Source: Felis catus
Taxonomy: Eukaryota
Direction: 5' to 3'
Length of the DNA stretch: 64,000 bases
Assembly (NCBI RefSeq): GCF_018350175.1
Contig: NC_058368.1
Location: 87,112,001 to 87,176,000 of the forward strand
This document shows, one piece after another, positions 1 through 13,954 of this stretch (the stretch's first letter is position 1; each line of letters opens with the position of its first letter). The position numbers were made by a program, and so were the translations under genes. The notes beneath the pieces were generated by a model. The model saw nothing but the letters and a program-made list of their open reading frames with translations, made no database searches and had not been told where the DNA came from.

Positions 1-620
1 TTCATCCAGCTAAATAACATCTTTCAAAATATATAACTAAATTTGGTATAGTACAAGTGGAAATTGACAAGCTTATCGTCATAATGAGAGATTATGAACA
101 CATTTCTCAGTAATTGGCAAATATAAAGAAAAAACAATAAATGTATAGAAGATTTGAACAACATAGCTAACCATATTTACTTAATGGAAATATAGAGAAC
201 AAAACTAAAGCACTTTATTTTTTAGTTCAATATGGAATAATTTTTAAAATTGTCCACTATTACACCATAAAACAAATCCCAACAAATTTCAAAGAACTAG
301 ACATCTTTATCCAACAATGATTAATTAGAAATTAACAATAAAAAGTTAAAATAGTAAAAAAGATAAAAGAAAAGTTTTTGTTAGAAATTGAAAATGTGCT
401 ATTAGAGAACTCAGTCAAAAAGAGATTATAATGAAAAATAGAAAATATTGAAAACTGAACAATAATAGACATTCTGTATCTTAAAATGCATGGAAAACAG
501 GTTAAACCTCACTTTAAAATTTTTAACTTTAAATATTAGAATTATAAAAGAAGAAAAAAATAATTTATGAATAATGAATATTAGGAAATTAGTAAAAGAA
601 CAATTAAACAAAATTATACT
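1..620 (+). mobile_element. Old degenerate LINE-1 fragment (ORF2 endonuclease-side region)
   Basis: A-rich sequence with decayed L1 ORF2-like stretches (gatttgaacaac...gacttaatggaaatatagagaac; aaatttcaaagaact). Confidence 0.6.
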
Positions 621-629
621 TTTGCTTAT

Positions 630-3234
630 TCTGTGTACAACCAAAACTGCACTATTTTTTTTTCCTGAAATTCACTCTCAGTTCACATGGCTGCAGCTGA
701 TATTTAGAATTACCTTATTTTACTACACATTACATATTCCCTTTGCCTTCAGCAAGTACCTCAGCTGGTTGAGGTTCTTTACTTTCATTCCTGAAATTTG
801 TGGGCCATTTGTAGTTCTACCTAAATCGGGTTGTTGTAGTTTTCCATTGACTTTAATCGTATGGCATGTTAGTATTAAGGAGACACCTAAGGAATCTCCT
901 GGATTCTAGACATATTTTTCCTTACCTCCACTCTGGAGTAGCAGACCAATTTCCCGTTGGTAGTCAGGGTAACTACCCCAGCCAGCACCAGTAATTCCCT
1001 TCTCTGCCTGTTGATCCAGAGATATGAGACTAAAGTGGTTAGATGGTAATCTTACCTACCAGTTCATTGAAAATATTGTTTCTCCTGGTCAAAGCATTCC
1101 TTCTTTTGGAATCTCTGACCCAGCAGAGCATAAGTTTTTGAGGATAGGAAGCAAAAATGTTGCCAGTGGGTCACTGGGGGTAATAGTGAGTGGTGTCACC
1201 TCCATTTACACTTTTGTGTATGGAACTGTGGGATCTGGGACTGTGAATACTGGTTATGCAAGAAACAATACCATATACTAGACACTGATTTAAAGCATGT
1301 ACAATCTTCTGGAGAACCTTTCCTCAAAACTGAAAGGTACTGCCACATAACTGGCACTGTAATCGAGTCTTCAAAAGACATTCTCAATTTTTTATCAATC
1401 CAACTACTTCAGGAAAGTAGGGAACATGGCTAGTGAATTCCATTATCATGGGCCCACTGCTACACTTCTTTCTCTATGCAGTAAGTTTCTTGATTAGAGG
1501 CAATGCTGTGTAGAATATCATGATGGTGGATAAGGCATACTATAAGTCCACAGATGTATATTGGGCAGAAGAATCGCATGCAAGAAAAATTGATATCCAA
1601 AGTGTGAATTCCAGTAATGACAAAACACTTTCCCTTCCATGATGGAAATGGTCCAATGTAATCAACCTGCCACCAGATAGCTGGATGATTACCTTTGAAA
1701 TTATACCATATTAGACTCTCACGGTTGGTCTGTTGCTGGCAGACTGCACTCAGCAGTGACCATAAAGCGGTAGACCTTCATAACTGGAAGTCTGTGTTGA
1801 TGAGTACATGCATAACCTCCATCCTTTCCATCATGGCCACTTTGCATGAGCCCCTAGGGCAATGGCAGGGTGGTTGGGAAAATAGGCTGAATGGTGTCCA
1901 CAGAACAGGTTATCCTATCCACTTGGTAATTAAAATCCTCCTCTGCTGAGGTCACACTTTGCTGAGCACTCATTTGGAACATAAATATCTTCACATTTTT
2001 AGGCTTTTCACATAGGTCTATCCATATACCTTTTCCCTGACCTCTTTGTCACCAATTTTCCAATCATGTCCTTTCAAAGTCCCTAACAATGCAGGCAAAC
2101 CATTGGCCACAGCCCATAAATTGTAATACAATAGCACATCTGAACATTTGTCTTTCCAAGCAAAGTGCACTACTCAAAGTTCTGCCCACAGGAAGGATTT
2201 CTTTTCACCGTTGTCCTTCAGGGATATTCCAGACAGGGGCTATAGTCCTGGAGCTGTCCACTTTGGGGTAATACCCGCATATTATGCATAACTATCTGTA
2301 AACTAGTCTAAGTTCTTTCCTTCTCTGTCACCTGGTTATAATGAAGTCCCCATGCTGCAATAGGTACAGGTTGAGAGAGAGAAGAGCCTATGGCACGAGT
2401 GGGGACCATGGGCATGTGAGCTACTTCATGTAATCTACTTTGGCCTTCAGGGCATGCTTGGCTCAAACTCATATATACCACTTCCATTTGATGATTGAGT
2501 GCTGTTACGTATGAGTAAATTAATGGCTTGGTGGGTCAGATTACACCCAGTTCATAATGCACAGCTCAGTTTGCAAGAGAACTTGGTAACCCATGGTTAA
2601 GTCTTCAGTCTCTACCAAGGCTCATAACAGTCAAAGAGGGCTGTTTCTGAAAAAAAGAATACTATCCACAAAGAATGGGATTTGTTCCAAAATTCTACAG
2701 GTTTGCACTATGATTCACCACTGGGTCTGCTGAATCATATTGTCCAAGTGGCAAAGAAGTTTGTGCAGTAGCCTGGACCTATTTCACATATTTCTTTTAT
2801 TCTGGGTCCCACTCAAAATCAGCAGGTTTTTAGGTTACTCTTTACTTTTTTAAGTTTTTATTTAAATTCCAGTTAAGTAGCATACAATGTAATATTAGTT
2901 TCAGGTGTACAATATAGTGATTCAACACTTACATACATCACCCTGTGCACATCACAAGTGCACTCCTTAATCCCCATCATCCATTTAGCCCATTCCACCC
3001 ACCTCCCCTCTGGGAACCATCAGTTTGTCCTCTATAGTTAAGAGTCTATTTCTTGGTTTCCCTCTCTCTCTTTTTTTTCCTTTTGCTCATTTTTTTCTGT
3101 TTCTTAAATTCCACGTATGAGTGAAATCATATATGTGTCTTTCTCTGAATGACTTATTTCACTTATACACTCATTTCCATCCACATTGGTGCAAATGGTA
3201 AGGTTTCATTCTTTTTGATAGCAGAGTAATATTC

Positions 3235-3282
<48 letters not shown>

Positions 3283-3570
3283 CCACTCTTCTTTATCCAT
3301 TCATCAGTTGTCAGGTTACTCTTTATATGGGTCAGAGCATCACACGCAAATAAATAATATGTTGTCTGAAAAATCCAAAAAGGCCCCCAAGTATTGTGAA
3401 TCATTTTTTTGCTTAAAAGAGGGTCACATGCAGTTATTTATCCTTTACCTTACAAGGATATCTCAACATGCCCCACACTACTGGACCCCTAGAAATTTCA
3501 CTGGGGTAAATGATCTCTGAATTTTAGTTGGATTTATTCTCACCCTACTGCTCAGCACATAAATGACTTA
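630..3570 (-). mobile_element. ERV-L internal region relic (RT/RNaseH, integrase, dUTPase), disrupted
   Basis: Minus-strand reading gives integrase-like WWQVDYIGPFPSWKG (~1630-1690), a dUTPase-region segment ...PLTITP/SDPLA.FLLP (~1140-1205) and RT-region KFLGVQ (~3480-3540); many stops and frameshifts. Confidence 0.85.
2845..3312 (-). mobile_element. Carnivore L1 3' end fragment inserted in the ERV-L, containing (GT)n
   Basis: tttaaattccagttaagtagcatacaatgtaatattagtttcaggtgtac is the reverse complement of a carnivore L1 3' terminus; (GT)n at ~3236-3280. Confidence 0.85.
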
Positions 3571-3599
3571 ACAATAAGTCTAAAAATAACAATAAGTCT

Positions 3600-3785
3600 G
3601 TAAAATCATCAGAACCCAGAAGAGAGGCATGAAACAAACTTCCCCTTATCAGCCCAAGAAAAATCCAACTCTCTGACACTTTGATCTCACACTTTAATCT
3701 CAGACTTTCCAGCCTTTAGAATTGTGAGAAAATTAATTTCTGTTGTTTAGGTCATCTAGTCTGTGGAACTAGCAAACAAATACAC
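3600..3785 (+). mobile_element. MaLR (MLT1-type) LTR 3' portion
   Basis: Typical MLT1 end: actttgatctc...ccagcctttagaattgtgagaaaattaatttctgttgttt...ctagcaaacaaataca. Confidence 0.75.
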
Positions 3786-6700
3786 CTGATTATCCAAGCA
3801 TATTTATAATAGCTTTATTCATACTGTCAAATATCCATCAGCAAGTGATTATATTAATAAATCATGGTATAATCATCGAGTAATATACTACTGAAAAAAT
3901 ATATTGACTACTAATGTAAGATTAAAAAATGGATGAATCTCAAAAGCATGATGAATGCAAGATGACTTATGCATTAAAAAAAAATACTGAAAGGGACAAT
4001 TTCTATGAATCTCCAGCACAAACAAATATAATGTATAGTTATACTATGCAGATCATAGGTTGCCAGGACTGGAAAAATTGACTGAAAAAAGAGCACGATA
4101 GAGTACAAATGCTCTATCTCCTCATAGGAAAGTGATTACTGGGTCAATACATTTGGAAAAATTCTTATAACTCTGTCCTTAGGGTGGTTACATTTTGTTG
4201 TATACAATTATATTTCAGGAAATTTTACTTAAAATATAAATTATAAAGTTCCAAATATTTAGATGCATAAAAAATTAACGATGAGAAAACAGCTTATGGA
4301 TTAAGAAACACTTTTACAACAATAGTTCTTTGCTTTTGCAGCTGCATAAAATAGGAATTCTTTTTTAATTCTGCTTTGATGAGAAACTGAATCTCAGAAA
4401 GATTAATTGGTTTATCCATGACTTATGATTAAGGAACAGGTCATATTTAAGCATTTCAATTTTAATGTTCTTTCTACTAAACAAGACTATTCATTAATCG
4501 ATTACCTGACCCTTCTGTAATACCACACCTTTTTGTTTTATTGATGGTTTCCTTTTCTGTGCATAACATATTTATTTGGATACAGTCTCAAAGAGTAAAA
4601 ATTTGTATAAAACATCTAAGTTAGTGATGTCTATCAATTGATGTTTGTCAATGGCCAAAAGGTCAATATGTCATAATTGTATAGAAAAACGAATCCTAAA
4701 TGTTTTGTCAGTTTTAAAAAGTTGACATTTTATTTGTTTATATTTATTTATTTATTTTTAATAATTTATTGTCACATTACCTAACATTCAGTGTATACAG
4801 TGTAATCTTGGCATTGGGAGTAGATTCCCATGATTCATTACTTACATACAAAAGTAGCCTTAGTAATAAAGGTAAAAATAGAGGGATTATTTACCAATTT
4901 GCATGAATTTTATTTATTTTTATTATTGAGGTAAATTAATATACAGTGTTTTATTAGTTTCCGGTGCACAGTATAATGATTCAACAATTCTATATATTTC
5001 TCAGTATTCATCAAGGTAAGTGTACTCATAATTCCCTTTATCTTTTTCACCCATCCACCCCACCCACCTCCTCTCTAGTAACCACCAGTCTGTTCTCTGC
5101 ATTTAAGAGTCCATTTTCCTTTGCTTCTTTTTTCTTGGTTTGCTCATTTGATTTATTTCTTAAATTCTGAATGAGTGAGACTACATGGTACTTGTCTTTC
5201 CCTCTCTAACTTATTTCACTTAGCATTATATCCTCTTTTCTGTTGTTGAAAATGGCAAGATCTCATTCATTATTATGGCTGAGTAATCTCCCATTGTTTA
5301 TATTTAACATGACTTTTCTATCCATTATCTACTCTCCAGTATCTATGCGTGGACAGTTAGGTTGCTTCCATATCTTGATCATATATCATATATATGCTAC
5401 AGTAAATATACAGATGTATATAATCATACATATATGTATATAATCATATATAATGCTACAGTAAATATACAGATGTATATATCTCTGTGAATTAGTGTTT
5501 TTTTTTATCCTTTGGATAAATACCCAGTCATGGAATCACTGGATCATATCATAATCTTATTTTGAATGTTTTCAGGAAACTCCATAGTGTTTTTCCAAAG
5601 TGGCTGCAGCAGTTTGCACTTAAATCAACAGTCCATGAAAGTTCTTCTTTCTCCATATTCTTGCCAGCACTACTTATTGTCTTTTTGATTTAGTCATTTT
5701 TACAAGTGTGAGGTAGTATCTCATTGTGGTTTTGATTTTCATTCCCTGGATGGTTAGGGATGTCAGGCATCTTTTTATGTATCTGTTGACAATATTTATG
5801 TCTTCTTTGGAAAAATATCTTTTCAAGTCATCTGCCTATTTTAATTGGATTATTTGGGGTTTTTAGGTTTGAAGTTGTATAAGTTCTTTATATATTTGTG
5901 ATATTAACCCCTTATTGAAAATATCATTTGCAAAAATGTTTCTCTTATTCTGTATGCTGCCTTATTGTTTTGTTGATGGTTTCCTTTACTGTGCATAAGA
6001 TATTTATTTTGATAGAGTCCCAAAGTTTAACTCAGCTTTTATTTCCCTTGTCTAAAGAGGCATATCTAGATAAATAGTTCTACAGCTTATGTCAAAGAAA
6101 TTACTGCCAACAATTTCTTCTAGGATTTTTATGGTTTTCAGGTCTCTGAATGTATGTATGTAGGTCTTTAATCTATCTGAGGTTTATTTTTTATGTATGG
6201 TATAAGAATGTAGCTTTTAAGTTTTCCCACACCACTTATTGAAGAGACTATATTATCTGCATTACAAATTGTTGCCTCCTTTGCCCTAGATTAATTGACC
6301 ATATATATGTGGGTTTATGTCTGACTCTGTATTCTGCACCATGGATCCATGTGTCTATTTTTGTGCCAGTACTCTACTGTTTTTATTACTACTGCTTTGA
6401 AGTATATTTTGAAATCTGGGATTGCAGTACCTCCAGCTCTATTCTTCTTTCTCAAGAATGCTTTGGCTATTCAGGTTCTTTTGTGGTCCCATACAAATTT
6501 TAGATATTTGTCCTAGCTCTGTGAAAAATGCTGTTGGTATTTGGATAGAGATTCCCTTACATCTGTAGACTGCTTTGGGTAGTATACACATTCTAACAAT
6601 ATTGGTTCTTCCAATCCATAAGCATGGTGTATCTTTCCATTTGCTTGTGTTGTCTTCAATTTCTTTCAGCAGTGTTTTATAGTTTTGAGAGCATAAGTCT

Positions 6701-7649
6701 TTCACCTGCTGGGTAAGTTTATTCCTAGGTGTTTTATTCTTTTGGTGCAATTGTAAATGAGAGTGTTTTCTTAATTTCTCTGCTATTTCACTATTAGTAT
6801 ATAGAAATGCAACTTATTTCTTTATGTTAATTTTTATCTTGTGGATTTGCTGAATTCATTTATCAGTTCTAATATTTTTTGGTGGAGTCTTTAGGATTTT
6901 CTATGTATAGTAGCATGTCATCTACAAAAAAGTGACAGTTTTACTTATTCCTTATCAATTTAGATGGGTTTTATTTTTTTGTCTTGTCTGATAACTGGGG
7001 CTAGGACTTCCAATAATATGTTAAATAAAAATGGGGAGAGTGAACATTCTTTTCTTGTCTCTGATCCTAAAGTATCTTAGCTCTCAGTTTTCCACCACTG
7101 AATATAATGTTAGCTATGGGTTTTTCACATATGGCCTTTATCACATTGAGTTATGTTCCCTCTAAACCTACCCTTTTGAGAGTTTTTTTAATCATGAATG
7201 GAGGCTCAATTTTGTCAAATGCTTTTTCTGTGTCTATTGAAATGATCATATTGGTTTTATCTTTTCTCTTGTTAATGTTACATGTCACATTGATTGATTT
7301 GCAAATATTGAACCACCAAATATTGAACCAGTTTCATCCCTAAAAAAATCCCACTTGATCATGGTGAATGATTTTTTTAATGCATTGTTGGATTCTTTTT
7401 GGTAATATTTTGGGCAGTTTTGCATCTATGTTCATCAGGGATTTTGGCCTGAAATTTGGCCTGATGTTTTCTTTGTTTGCAGTGTCTTCATCTGGTTTTG
7501 ATATCAGGGTGATGCTAGCTTCATAGAATGAATTTGGAATCTCTCCTATTTTTTTAAATAGTTTGAGAAGCATATTTATTCACTCTTCTTTAAAAGTTTG
7601 GTAGAATTAACTTGTGAAGTCAACTATTCTTGAACTTCTCTTTGTTGGG

Positions 7650-7872
7650 AGTTTTTTTTTTTTAATGTTTATTTGTTTTTGAGAGAGAGAGACAGAGACA
7701 GAATGTGAGGGGGGGAGGGCAGAGAAAGAGGGAGACACAGAATCTGAAACAGGCTCCAGGCTCTGTGTTTCTGTCAGCACAGAACCCGACACAGGGCTTG
7801 AACTCATGAACCACAAGATCATGACCTAAGACGAAGTCAGACACTTAACCGACTGAGCCACCCAGGGATCCC
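7650..7872 (-). mobile_element. CAN-SINE (SINEC_Fc family)
   Basis: Reverse complement of tRNA-derived head, (CT)n and A-tail. Confidence 0.9.
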
Positions 7873-9273
7873 TGTTTTTTGGGAGTTTTTATTATTATTA
7901 TTACTGACTCAACTTTATTTCTAGTAACCAGTCTGTTCAAATATTCTATTTATTCCTGAATCAGTTTTGAAAGATGACATATTTCTTGGAATTTATCTAT
8001 TTCTTTAGGTTGTCCAACTTGTTGGCAAACACTTTTTCATAATATTCTCTTACAATCCTTTGTATTTCTGTTATTTTTTTGTTTTTATAATGTTTATTCA
8101 AATTTCAGTTAGTTAACATACAGTGTGATATTAGTTGCAGTTTGTGTTGGTTTTTTATTTCTGCTCTTTTATTTCTGATTTTATTTATTTGACCCACTTT
8201 TTTTTTGTTGATGAATGTGATTAAAAGTTTATCAATTTTGTTTTTTTGTTGTTGATCTTTTCAAAGAACCAGCTCCTGGTTTCATTCTTGTGTTCTATTT
8301 TTTTTCTCTATTTTATACATTTCTGATTTAATTTTTATTATTTAATTTTTTTTTCTGCTGGCTTTGGATTTTGTTCTTCTTTTTCTAGGTCCCTTATCTG
8401 TCAGATTAAGTTGTTTAGTTCATGTTTTTCTTGCTTCTTGAGGTAGGCCTATATTGCTAAAAAATATCCCTTTTACAACAGCTGTTGCTACATCCTAAAG
8501 ATTTTGAACCATTGTATTTTCAATTTCATTTGTCTCCATGGCATTTTTTTTCATTCCCTTTTGATTTCTTGGTTAACTCATTTATTGTTTAGTAGCATGT
8601 AATTTAGCCTAAAGGTATTTTGTAATTTTCCCAGATATATTTCTGGGATTGATTTCTAGTTCCATACCATTCTAGTCAGAAAAGGTGTATGATATGATTT
8701 CTATCTTTTTTAATGTATTAAGACTTGTTTTGTGGCCTAAGATGTGATCTATTCTGAAGAATGTTCTATGTGTACTTGAAAGTAATGTGTAACCCATTGT
8801 TCTAAATGCAGTGTTTTGAATATATGTTAGATCCATCTGGTCCAATGTGTCATTCAAAGCCAGTTTCGTTGTTTTTCTGTCTGGATAATCTATCCATTGA
8901 TGTAAGTGTGTTTTTTAAAAGTCCTTTGCTATTATTGTATTTCTGTCATTTTGCCCTTTATTTCTGTTTTACATATTTAGGTGTTTTCCATGTTTGGTGC
9001 ATATATATTTATAATTTTTATATCCTTAGGTTACTTCTTTTATCATTATATAGAGTTATTCTGAGTCTCTTATTCCATTCTGTTTTCAAGTATATTTTGT
9101 CCAATATAAGTATTGCTACCCCAGGTTTCCTTTTGCTTCCATTTACATTAGTAAATATTTCTCTATCCCCTCACTTTCAATCTGCAGGTATCTTTAGGTC
9201 TGAAGTGACTCCTCTTGTAGGCAGCATATAGATGAGTCTTGCTTTTTTATCCATTCAGCCTCTCTCTCTGCCA

Positions 9274-10207
9274 TACAGTGTTATATTAGTTTCAGGTGTA
9301 TAATATAGAGATTCAGTAATTCTATACATTACTCAGTGCTCATCATGATAAGTATACTCTTAATCCCCTTCACTTATTTCACCCATCCCCTACCCACTTC
9401 CCCTCTAGTAACCATCAGTTTGTTCTCTCTACGTAGGAGACTGTTTTTTGTTTGTCTCTTTTTTCTTTGTTTATTTTGTTTCTTAAATTCCGCATATGAA
9501 TGAAATCATATGGTATTTATCTTTCTCTGATTGACCTATTCACTAAGCATTACACTTTCTAGATCTATCAATGTTGTTGCAAATTGCAAGATTTCATTAT
9601 TTTCTTGTATTAGTTTTATATATATATATGTTATATATAACATATATATACATAATACACCATATATCTAGTATCACTATATATGTTACTATATATATAG
9701 TATTACCATATATATTATACATATGTATAATACACTATATATATAGTATTTCTATATATATTACTATATCTATAGTATTACTATATCTATATGTCTATAT
9801 CTATATATCTATATCTATATCTATATCTATTCAAATTAGAGTCTTTGTATTCTTTAGGTAAATATCCAGTAGTGGAGTTACTGGATTATATGGTATTTCT
9901 ATTTTTAATTATCTGAAGAATGTCTATACTGTTTTTCAGTGGCTGCACCAATTTGCATTCCCACCAACAATGCACAAGAGTTCCTTTTTCTCCACATCCT
10001 TGCCAATATGTGTTTCTTGTGCATGTGTGTGTGGGTGTGTGTGTGTGTGTGTATGTTTCTTTTAGCCATTTCGACAGGTGTGAGGAAATATCTTATCATG
10101 GTTTTAATTTCAATTTCCCATAGATGAATGATGTTGAGCATCTTTTTATGTGTCTGTTGGAAATCTGGATGTCTTCTCTGGAGAAATGTTTGTGCATGTC
10201 TCTGCCA
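9274..10207 (-). mobile_element. Second L1 3' fragment nested in the older L1, with TA-rich and (GT)n microsatellites
   Basis: L1 3'UTR/ORF2-end sequence interrupts the host ORF2 5' region, which resumes at ~10208. Confidence 0.8.
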
Positions 10208-10967
10208 AACACCCTATGTCTTTTGATTAGAGCATTTAGTTTATTTAGATTTAAAGTAATTATTGATTAGTATGTACTTATTGTCATTTTATTTTCACTT
10301 TGTGGTTGTTTTTGTAATTCTTGTGTGTTCCTTTCATTTTGTCTTACTATTTTCACTATTTCTTTAGTGGAATGCTTTAAAATCCTTTAAAATTTTTGTT
10401 TATCTGTTATAGGTTTTTTAATTGTGTTTACCATTAGGTTCACATATAACATCTTATTAATATAGTAGTCTACATTATCACTAATGTTTGAACCCATTTT
10501 AAAAGCACTAGATTTTTACTCCACTCTGCATATTTTATGTATATTATGTCATAGTTTACATTCTTTATTTTGTGCATCCCTTGGCTGATTTTTGAATTTA
10601 TAATTTATTTTACTGCTTTTGTGTTTTAAGCACCATGCTGATTTTATAATGATTAATCTACTACCTTTTTATATGTTTGCATTACCTTTTAAAGGTTTTC
10701 CTTTTATAATATTCTTTCTCCTGATTATGGTCTTTTCTTTCCACTCAAATAATTCCCTATCATATTTTTTGTAAGGCTGGTTAAATGATAATAAACTCTT
10801 TTAACTCTTGTTTATCTGGGAAATTTTATAACCCCTTCTATTCTGAATAGTAATTTTTCTGGATTTTCTTGGCTTCAGGATTTTTTTTAATCTTTTGAGG
10901 GCTTTGAATATATCATGCTTCCTTCTTTTGGCTTGTAAAGTTTTTGTTAAAAGGTCAGTTGATATAG

Positions 10968-11190
10968 TTCACCTGATGGCTGAGTCAGTTAACTGTCCAA
11001 GTCTTGGTTTTGACTCAGGTCATGATGTCATGATTTGTGAGGTCAAGCCCCTGCATTGGACTCTGTGCTGACAGTGTGGAGCCTGTTTCACATTCTCTCT
11101 CTGCCCCTCCCTAGCTTACTTTCTGTCTCTCTCTCTCTCTCAGAATAAATAAATAAATTAATTAATTAATTAAACTAAAAGAAAATTTTT
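10968..11190 (+). mobile_element. Older CAN-SINE
   Basis: cacctgatggctgagtcagtt...ctcaggtcatgat...(CT)n...(TAAA)n. Confidence 0.85.
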
Positions 11191-13596
11191 TTAAAAATCA
11201 GCTGATAGCTTTATGGGATTTCCCTTGTATATAACTTTTCTCTTCTCTACTGCTTTTAAAGTTCTTTTATCACTACTTTTTACCATTTTATTTGTTATGT
11301 GTCTTGGTGTACATATCCTGGGGTTGATTTTTCTGGGGTTCTCTGTGCCTCCTGGATGTGGCTATCTGTTTTCTTCCCCAGATTAGGGAAATTTTCAGCT
11401 ATTATTTCTTTAAACAAATGTTTTGCCCCCATCTCTCTGTCTTCTCTTTCTGGTATCTTTATAATGCAAATGGTATTAGGTTTGATAATGTCACCTAATT
11501 CCCTTAACCTATTCTTATATTTTTTACAATTTTTTTCTCTTTGCTGTTTAGCTTCATTGCTTTCCATTACGCTGTCTTCCATATCATTGATCTGCTCTTC
11601 TGCTCCCTCTAATATGCTATTGATTCCCTTTACTGTATGTTTTATTTCAGTTATTGAGATCTTCATCTCTGGTTCTTTTTTATGTTTTCTCTCTCTTTGT
11701 TGAAGGTCTCACTGAGATTTTCTCCTCTTTCCTCAAGTCCAGTGAGTATCTTTATGACCATTACTTTGAATTTTCTAACAAGCTTATTGCCTATTTGTTT
11801 CATTTTGCTCTTTTGCTCTGGCATTGTGCTATTCTTTTATTTGAGACATATCCCTCTGTCTCCTCATTGTGTCTGACTGTCTGTATTTGTTTCTATGTAT
11901 TAAGAAAGTCATCTATGTTCCTGATCTTGAAAGTAGTGCTTTATGAAGAAGAGTCCTATGGTGCCTTGTAGCACAATATCTCCTATTCACCAGAACCAAG
12001 CACTTCAGGTGCATCTTCCATGTCAGTTGTATGTTCCCAACTCTTGCAGCTGAGCCATGTTTGTTTTCAGTCCAGTTGTCTGCAGTGACCCATTTTGCCT
12101 GTTATATGCACACTAAGCTGGGTTTGGTTCTAGTTCTGTTAATGGGCTTGTCTCCAGCTGCCATGGGCTTGTAGTTGGCAGTGTCAGTAGTCAGAGCTGA
12201 TGCCTCCCTCAGCCTATTTGCTGGGACTGCTGTCACAGTGAATGCAGGGCACTTTCACTATGCTGCCTCCTGAGAAACTTTTGTTGTTGGGATGATCTGG
12301 CCATCAGACCAGATGACTACTCTAAATCCATCTATTGAGACTTCAGTCACACCAACTTGAAAGGTGCTCTCCCTGTATTGTCCCCTGAAAAGCTTTCATT
12401 GGTGGGCAAGATCAGTTAGACTAGATGACTGCCCCCAGTTCATCCACTTGGGTTGAAATTGCACTGATCAGTCAAGCACTCTCTCTGTGCTGCCAGCTAT
12501 AAAATTCAGTTGCTGGGACTGCTGGTACACTGGTCTGATTATCTTCTCTTCTCCCCAGGGCAGGAGTCACTTCCAAGTGGTACTAGTCCCTGTTGGGGTT
12601 GCTCACAGGGTGTGTTGGGGCTTGAGGCACTTTGGAGGGAGGCCTACAGAGTGGGGTGGGTTAGAGGGTGTAGATCTATAGGGAAATGTGTGGGTGAAGT
12701 GCATGGAATTAGCAATGTGGAAGACATTCCTGCAAATATTATCTGGTTATTTAGAAAATGGTGACCACCAGTATTTTTATTCTTGGTGAAGCCTTTTAAT
12801 GATACCTGCCCCTCCAATACATGTTCTGAGATTAGTAAATAAATCTCTTGTACACTCTAGGCACTTTTCAAACTGCTGCTTCTATGCTGCATCTCAGCAG
12901 GGTTCACTCTTATGTTGTCTCCTTAAGGGTGGGCACTCAGTTTCCTATTGCCCTCCAGCTGTCCTAGAGATAAATCCACTGATTTTTAAAGTACCTGGAG
13001 TTAAGGCCCACTGACTATAGAAACCCACTTGTTTCCAAAGCCAAATGTTATGGGCACTTGTCTTAGTTCAGTGTAGACGTCTTATCTTCTTGTTTTACTA
13101 TGCTTGTGGTAGCTTTCTCATTTGTGATTAGTCTTGACAAGTATTTGTTTCCCAACTATGTATCTTCCTTTTCTACTTTTTTCAATATGGCCTCCTCTTT
13201 ATGATTAACTATGGAAGATCTGTTCTCCCAGTCTTCAGGACCTTTTCAGAGTTGGTTGCATTGATCTGTCTGTTATCTCAATGTCTCTGTGGGGCAAAGT
13301 GATCTCAGGATCTTCCTATGCCTTCCATCTTCCCAGAAATCCAATATACTGAATTTTAAGACTCAAAACTATTCACCTTCCTTCAGCAGAAGTAGCTAGT
13401 CATAGATTAAATTAATTAGTATGTTGTGAGCAAAGCTGTATGCACAAACCTTATATTTGTTTTTTACTAATCTTTGAATCTTGATTTACCATTGAAGGAA
13501 AATACAATAAGCAACTAAATTTGATACTTTTATTCTTTTATAATGACTCCCAGCTTCTCCTCTCAGAAAGGTCAATATCAAAACCTATGGATTTTT

Positions 13597-13819
13597 GGGG
13601 TGCCTGGGTGGCGCAGTTGGTTAAGCGTCCGGCTTCAGCCAGGTCACGATCTCGCGGTCCATGAGTTCGAGCCCCGCGTCAGGCTCTGGGCTGATGGCTC
13701 AGAGCCTGCAGCCTGTTTCCGATTCTGTGTCTCCCTCTCTCTCTGCCCCTCCCCCGTTCATGCTCTGTCTCTCTCTGTCCCAAAAATAAACGTTGAAAAA
13801 AAAAATACTTTAAAAAAAA
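13597..13819 (+). mobile_element. Young SINEC_Fc SINE with ~17-bp TSD
   Basis: TSD aaaacctatggattttt at 13580-13596 and 13820-13836; many CpGs retained. Confidence 0.95.
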
Positions 13820-13948
13820 AAAACCTATGGATTTTTGAACTGTGACCTCAAGTTAACAAGCAAAAACTTCCAATATGTGAAAACAGTCAAAATTTAAGTA
13901 AAAATCAGGTTAACAAATGGTCTGGTCATTGATCTTATATTTTAAAAG

Positions 13949-13954
13949 TTTATT
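13949..13954 (-). terminator. Candidate polyadenylation signal (AATAAA) ~300 nt after the GCSAML stop
   Basis: tttatt on + strand; another at 13529-13534; actual use unknown. Confidence 0.25.

Larger units (their letters stand above)
4910..13340 (-). mobile_element. Near full-length older carnivore L1 (3'UTR, ORF2, ORF1, 5'UTR), decayed, with nested inserts
   Basis: ORF fragments 6439-6750, 7340-7573 and 8672-8857 are ORF2-like, 11295-11666 is ORF1-like (IIAENFPNLGK); 5' end ccatcttcccagaa near 13325-13340. Confidence 0.9.

Noticed and set aside
9615..9830. Ile/Tyr-rich ORF 9571-9861
   Set aside because: Translation of a TA-rich microsatellite inside an L1.
13543..13845. Recurrent ORFs containing GAPGWRSRLSV/PGHDLAVREFEPRV (also 44481, 48704, 59664, 62085)
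   Set aside because: Translations of SINEC_Fc copies, not a gene family.
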